A stretch of DNA of 64,000 nucleotides from Candidatus Hydrothermarchaeota archaeon (GTDB taxonomy: Archaea; CAYFZR01), in assembly GCA_046760505.1 (NCBI GenBank), contig JBHIEG010000002.1:32001-96000 (forward strand), given 5' to 3'. Below the pieces are notes generated by a model that saw only the letters and a program-made list of their open reading frames with translations, was not told where the DNA came from and did no database searches. Below are positions 59,314 through 64,000 of this stretch, one piece after another (within the stretch, counting starts at the first letter, position 1; each line of letters starts with the position of its first letter). Made by a program: the position numbers and the translations under genes.

Positions 59314-59380
59314 AATTGGATTAAAGGGAGCTAGGAGGGGGATGGCAGAAAAGGTGGGGAAAGTTCTTTCTAGCTCCCAT
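59310..59380 (-). ncRNA. candidate small RNA 2 (GC stem, C-rich loop)
   Basis: BRE/TATA GAAA-TTTTTATC (59409-59402); perfect 9-bp stem GGGAGCTAG/CTAGCTCCC (59378-59370/59334-59326); loop contains TTTCCCCA. Confidence 0.45.
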
Positions 59381-59452
59381 GGTATTATGGGATCACCTGT
59401 TGATAAAAATTTCCCAGAATTATGCCTTTTTTATTCCAAATTAGTTCCAAAT

Positions 59453-59755
59453 TTATCTGTAAACCACATAGAGGAATATGAGCAGGCCGAAGAATTCAAA
59501 TAGAGATGCCGATGTATGGTAAACTTCGTTAGGACAATTCACAGTGGCGCTTGTAATTTTAAAGAAAAGTGGACATGAAAATAATGCGCTCAAACCCATA
59601 ATTCCGGCAAACAAAAGAAGTCCAAGGGTGAACCTTGATTTTATACTCTTATAATTTCTTAAGAATATTATGAAAAGTAGCAACAAGATAAGTATATTGA
59701 TAAAGCTTACCAAAAGGTGTATTTCGAACAGCATATTCGACAATTCTCCTTTCAA
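59453..59755 (-). CDS. 3-TM membrane protein partnered with the ArsR-like regulator
   Basis: NI.ILL.L..I..RNY..IKS.FT.GLL.FA pattern; probable start ATG 59734. Confidence 0.75.
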   Translation of the reverse strand: MKGELSNMLFEIHLLVSFINILILLLLFIIFLRNYKSIKSRFTLGLLLFAGIMGLSALFSCPLFFKITSATVNCPNEVYHTSASLFEFFGLLIFLYVVYR

Positions 59756-59760
59756 TTAAT

Positions 59761-60042
59761 TTACTTTTTCCCAATTTTTTTCCAAATCTCATCAAATAAC
59801 TCAAAATTTTCCTCCATTTTTTTAGACAGAAAGTACATCGCCCCATACTTCTCGCCAGATGTTGTAATGATTTTATTCTCCAAAAGAACGTCGATATGAT
59901 GTCGAACAGTTTTGTAGTCTAGATCCAACAACTCTGCCAACTGGTTTGCATTGTATGGTCTCTCTCTTAGGGCATTTATGATTTTGGCACGATTTATACC
60001 TCCTTTAGTGCCAGCAACTAACCACCACAGTAATCTTTTCAT
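59761..60042 (-). CDS. ArsR-like winged-helix regulator
   Basis: LLWWL.AGTKGG.NR..I...[20 protein letters not shown] signature. Confidence 0.9.
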   Translation of the reverse strand: MKRLLWWLVAGTKGGINRAKIINALRERPYNANQLAELLDLDYKTVRHHIDVLLENKIITTSGEKYGAMYFLSKKMEENFELFDEIWKKIGKK

Positions 60043-60106
60043 CGATTTAACTTTTAGTACAGTGCTTTTATATTTTTCTTGGGAAAATTAAAGATTCGGT
60101 GGGAAA

Positions 60107-61015
60107 GTGAAAAAAATAAAAATCAAGCAGGTGGATGCTTTCACGAGATATCCCTTTGGTGGTAATCCAGCCGGCGTAGTTATCGATGCGAAGGATTTAA
60201 ATGAATATGATATGCAAAATATTGCTAAAGAGATGAACCTATCCGAAACTGCTTTTGTTTTCGATCCAGATGATCCAAAAGCAGATTTTAAGGTGAGATT
60301 TTTTACTCCCAAAAATGAGGTGGACCTCTGCGGTCACGCCACCATAGCAACTTTCCACGCCCTGGTGGAGGAGGGAAAAATCGAATTAGAAGGTTTTAAA
60401 GTTATTTTAAAACAAGAAACAAGAGCAGGCGTGTTGCCTGTGGAAATTTCCTTGAAGAAAGGAATGATCAATATAATGATGACTCAAACAATCCCTAAAT
60501 TTAGAGACGCAAATGTAGAGAGGAAAGAAGTTGCCCAAGCATTAAGAATAGAGGAAAAATATATTTCAGAAGATCCTCCCATGGAGATCGTTTCAACTGG
60601 TCTGTGGCATTTAATCGTTCCTATAAAGAATTTGAAAGCTCTGGAGAAAGTTGATCCAGATTTTTCAAAACTTTCTAAAATAAATAATGAATTAGGCGCT
60701 GAAACCACTCATCTCTTTACCTTTGAGACGTTAAATCCAGACTCAACCGTTCATACCAGAGATTTTGCGCCTCTGGTGGGCGTAAACGAGGATCCTGCTA
60801 CTGGAACAGGAAATGGTGCTTTGGGTGCTTATCTCGCTAAGCATAGATTGATAGAAATCAAAGAACCAGTCACCGAAATAATTGCGGAACAAGGTTTTGA
60901 GATAAAGCGTCCAAGCGAGATTTTTGTGGAGATTAATACCGAGAACGAAGAGATTAGAGATGTAAAGGTAGGTGGTTTTGCTGTTACAGTTCTCAACGGG
61001 GAAATTATTTTTTAA
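60107..61015 (+). CDS. PhzF family isomerase/epimerase
   Basis: VDAF...PFGGNPAGV, NLSETAF, EVDLCGHAT, EDPATG and EQG motifs. Confidence 0.92.
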   Translation: MKKIKIKQVDAFTRYPFGGNPAGVVIDAKDLNEYDMQNIAKEMNLSETAFVFDPDDPKADFKVRFFTPKNEVDLCGHATIATFHALVEEGKIELEGFKVILKQETRAGVLPVEISLKKGMINIMMTQTIPKFRDANVERKEVAQALRIEEKYISEDPPMEIVSTGLWHLIVPIKNLKALEKVDPDFSKLSKINNELGAETTHLFTFETLNPDSTVHTRDFAPLVGVNEDPATGTGNGALGAYLAKHRLIEIKEPVTEIIAEQGFEIKRPSEIFVEINTENEEIRDVKVGGFAVTVLNGEIIF

Positions 61016-61074
61016 AAAGGATGTCTGCCGCTTGTCTTAAAAATTATTTTATATGGTCACATACTAATTGAATA

Positions 61075-62562
61075 ATGTTTAAAATGGAAGTGATAGGACA
61101 GATTTTTGGCGAAGTTGGATCTTCAGGATTCAATATACTAGTGAGAGACTCAAGCGTCTCTAAAGGATCTTATGTTAAGGTAAAGCATGAAGTCAACGGC
61201 TGGGTCTTAGCTCAAATCAGATCTTTGAAAAGATACAACGAGAAATACCAGCTGAGTGACGAAATAAGAGAGAATAAGGAGAGAATCATTGCAAGAATAG
61301 AAGTTATTGGATTTAGAAACGACCAAAATGTTTTGGATTTTCCAAAAACGCCCTTTAGACCTGGAGAGTATGTTTATCTCGCAGACAAAAAACTCATAAT
61401 GAATACGCTAGGATTGAACGTGAGAACGTCGAAAGGAATATACTTGGGATTACTGGAACACACGGATATACCGGTATACCTCGATGCAAACAGAGTAGTA
61501 CAAAAACATGTAAGTATTCTGGCAAAAACCGGTGCAGGAAAGAGTTATACGGTTGGAGTTTTGGTAGAAGAACTTTTAGAAAAAGGAGTTCCTGTGTTAA
61601 TTATTGACCCCCATGGAGAATATCACACTCTCAGATATCCAAATAAAAATGAAAATATGGAAAAATTTGGTATTAAACCGAGAAGTTACGATACTTTAGA
61701 ATACTCACCACTTCCAGATATTAATCAATGCGATAAAGGATTCTACCTAAGCCACAAGAACCTTGATGCTTGGGAAATCCAAGAATTACTCCCCAAACTT
61801 ACAGCCACCCAAAAAGGTATATTATATCAAGCCGTAAGGACTCTTCAAGAGACTAAAAAGAACTATGATATGTACGACATAATAAACGAAATAGTCGATC
61901 ACCAAAGCAAATCGAAATGGGGACTCATAGAGCATTTAGAGGAACTTTTGAGTTATCCTTTCTTTAAGGCTAGAGCCACAAAAATAAAGAACTTGATTAA
62001 TAAAGGAGTCGCAAGTATAATTAATCTGCGAGGATTGCCCTCAGATATGCAATCTTTGATCGTTGCAAGACTGGGAAGAGGTCTTTTCGAGGCTAGAAAA
62101 CTAAACAAAGTCTTACCATTTTTGTTTTTGATAGAGGAAGCCCATAATTTTGCCCCGGAGAGAGGGTTTGGAGAAGTTCCATCATCAAAAATATTGAGAA
62201 TTATAGCGAGTGAAGGCAGGAAATTCGGTCTTGGACTGTGCGTGGTAAGCCAAAGACCTGCCAGAGTAGATAAAAATGTCCTTTCTCAGTGCAATACACA
62301 AATAATATTGAAAATAACAAATCCAAACGATCTGAAGGCGATAAGTCAATCCTTAGAAGGATTTACGCCTGGACTTGAAAGAGAAATTAAAAGATTGCCC
62401 CCAGGTACCGCATTGGTGGTTGGAGAATCTTTAGAAACACCTGTATTTGTAAAAATAAGGTTAAGAAAGTCGTTACACGGAGGAGAAGGTGTTTCCGTTA
62501 TATCCCGAGTACAGGAAAGGAAGAGTATCATAGATGTGTTCGGTGAAATTTTTAGGCGTTAA
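61075..62562 (+). CDS. second HerA-family ATPase
   Basis: HAS barrel, HVSILAKTGAGKS, DPHGEY, EEAHNF, ASEGRKFG and SQRP motifs. Confidence 0.9.
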   Translation: MFKMEVIGQIFGEVGSSGFNILVRDSSVSKGSYVKVKHEVNGWVLAQIRSLKRYNEKYQLSDEIRENKERIIARIEVIGFRNDQNVLDFPKTPFRPGEYVYLADKKLIMNTLGLNVRTSKGIYLGLLEHTDIPVYLDANRVVQKHVSILAKTGAGKSYTVGVLVEELLEKGVPVLIIDPHGEYHTLRYPNKNENMEKFGIKPRSYDTLEYSPLPDINQCDKGFYLSHKNLDAWEIQELLPKLTATQKGILYQAVRTLQETKKNYDMYDIINEIVDHQSKSKWGLIEHLEELLSYPFFKARATKIKNLINKGVASIINLRGLPSDMQSLIVARLGRGLFEARKLNKVLPFLFLIEEAHNFAPERGFGEVPSSKILRIIASEGRKFGLGLCVVSQRPARVDKNVLSQCNTQIILKITNPNDLKAISQSLEGFTPGLEREIKRLPPGTALVVGESLETPVFVKIRLRKSLHGGEGVSVISRVQERKSIIDVFGEIFRR

Positions 62563-62595
62563 ATTTAAATTCTTACTCGGTTGCAAAGGAGTATC

Positions 62596-64000
62596 ATGCG
62601 TTACATAATGAAGTTCGGGGGCACCTCGGTAAGTGATGGAGAGCAAATAAGAAGAGTGGCAAATATCATTTCATCTTATATTAAAGAACACGAAATCGTA
62701 GTGGTAGTCTCAGCCATGGCAGGCGTAACTGACAGCCTGATTGAGATTTCTGAAAATTTGATTAAAAGAAAGAAAGGTGTGGACTACATAGCAAGTATTC
62801 GCGAGTTCATTGGACAACTGGAAGAGAGGCATGCAGAGGCTGCTAAAGTTTCAATAAAAGATAAAAAATTGCTTAATGAGGTTTTAATTGAGATTCACGA
62901 ACTAATAAAGGAACTGGAGAGAGTTTTAACCGGAATTTACTTTCTTGGAGAATTGACCAGTCGCTCTTTGGATTATGTAATGTCGTTCGGAGAAAGGCTT
63001 TCCGCACCAATTCTAGCATATACTTTAAGGGATCTTGGGATAAACGCGAAACATTACACTGGGAGCGAAATTGGAATAGTAACAAACTCTGATTTTGGAA
63101 AAGCTAAACCTATACTCCATACTACGAAAAGATTGGTAAAGGAGCGAATTGAAAAGATTATGAAAGAAGGTATTATACCGGTGGTAACAGGATTTATCGC
63201 CGCTGATACTCGTGGCGTATTAACCACTCTAGGAAGGGGAGGATCAGATCTTACCGCATCCTTGTTAGGCGTATCAATAAAAGCGGACGAGATCTGGATT
63301 TGGACTGATGTTGATGGAATTATGACATGCGATCCAAAACTTGTCCCGGAGGCCAAAACAATACCTGTTATCTCATATTTAGAGGCTTGCGAGCTCGCTT
63401 TCTTTGGCGCAAAGGTATTGTATCCCAAAACACTAGAGCCAGCCGTGGAGGAGGAATTGCCTGTAAGAGTGATGAATACCTTCAATCCAGACGGATGCGG
63501 GACTTTGATTGTAAAAGAACAAGAAAAACACGATGAAATTGTTAAGGCAATAAGCTCTATTCAGAACGCCTCTTTACTAACAGTTTCTGGAGTAGGAATA
63601 GGAGGCGCCCCCAGAGTTGCTGCATCGATATTCTCTGCTTTAAGTGAAGAAAATATAACGGTTATCATGTTTTCTCAGGGCTCTTCAGAAACAAACATAT
63701 CTCTTGTAGTTCTCGAAAACGAATTGGAAAGAGCTGTAAAGGCTCTCTACAAAGAGTTCGACAAGAGTGATAACGTGATAAAAGAGATCATATATGACGA
63801 AGATGTCTGCGTAATAGCTGTCGTTGGGGCAGGAATGAGAGGTACTCCTGGGGTGGCAGCGAGGGTATTCAATGCAGTTGCGAAGAAGGGAGTAAATATA
63901 ATCATGATATCTCAGGGCTCTTCTGAGGTTAATATATCCTTTCTCATTAGAAGAGAAGACGCAAAAAAAGCGGTTGAGGCTTTACATGAAGAATTTAAAC
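62596..64000 (+). CDS. lysC: aspartate kinase with ACT domains (runs off the window end)
   Basis: Manual translation MRYIMKFGGTSV, VVSAM, SFGERLS, TTLGRGGSD, WTDVDG and GAKVL; AAGGAG RBS. Confidence 0.95.
   Translation, partial: MRYIMKFGGTSVSDGEQIRRVANIISSYIKEHEIVVVVSAMAGVTDSLIEISENLIKRKKGVDYIASIREFIGQLEERHAEAAKVSIKDKKLLNEVLIEIHELIKELERVLTGIYFLGELTSRSLDYVMSFGERLSAPILAYTLRDLGINAKHYTGSEIGIVTNSDFGKAKPILHTTKRLVKERIEKIMKEGIIPVVTGFIAADTRGVLTTLGRGGSDLTASLLGVSIKADEIWIWTDVDGIMTCDPKLVPEAKTIPVISYLEACELAFFGAKVLYPKTLEPAVEEELPVRVMNTFNPDGCGTLIVKEQEKHDEIVKAISSIQNASLLTVSGVGIGGAPRVAASIFSALSEENITVIMFSQGSSETNISLVVLENELERAVKALYKEFDKSDNVIKEIIYDEDVCVIAVVGAGMRGTPGVAARVFNAVAKKGVNIIMISQGSSEVNISFLIRREDAKKAVEALHEEFK

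Noticed and set aside
59342-59503. Plus-strand ~53-aa ORF after GGAGGGG (MAEKVGKVLSS...)
   Set aside because: Overlaps the hairpin and runs antisense into the membrane-protein gene; the apparent RBS is just the complement of the C-rich loop. Not fully excluded.
61075-62562. HerA-based antiviral system (e.g. Sir2-HerA)
   Set aside because: No effector gene adjacent; neighbours are PhzF and aspartate kinase; the sequence resembles the housekeeping archaeal HerA.
1-64000. CRISPR array, rRNA, IS elements, inteins in Lhr or Topo VI
   Set aside because: No spaced direct repeats, long GC-rich RNA genes or transposase motifs; protein lengths are normal, without intein signatures.

Overview
Gene-dense, AT-rich archaeal chromosome segment. 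Topo VI, Alba, NurA/HerA, the archaeal aroA'/aroB' shikimate route, a Methanococcales/Thermococcales-type S-layer protein, an EppA-like prepilin peptidase and GGAGGTGA-type ribosome-binding sites point to an anaerobic euryarchaeal-type lineage; finer taxonomy cannot be fixed from this window. Most genes are housekeeping: wecB, PGM/PMM, tRNA-Gly(CCC), ferredoxin, asd, alba, porGDAB, aroA'B'DE converging on pheA-tyrA, top6BA, pheT, an ABC importer, nurA-herA, moaD-moaE, xpf, a P-type ATPase, lhr, a second herA and a partial lysC. The standout is a ~9 kb locus (37.0-45.7 kb). It encodes two paralogous secreted tetraheme c-type cytochromes sharing a PxTL(A/S)|RYxGSHTW N-terminus, a 7-8-heme cytochrome, three S26/SipW-like signal peptidases (one intact, one fused to an Ig-like domain, one catalytically dead), a miniaturised split CcmF-like heme lyase and two paralogous Zn-ribbon membrane proteins. 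I infer a cytochrome-nanowire assembly system processed by dedicated signal peptidases. Other notable items: two look-alike candidate sRNAs with C-rich loops, several genes apparently starting at non-canonical codons, a TyrA with two RNA-binding-type domains, and a MoaD/SAMP whose Gly-Gly is masked. No CRISPR array, rRNA, integrase or transposase was seen. All family calls are from motif recognition, not database searches.
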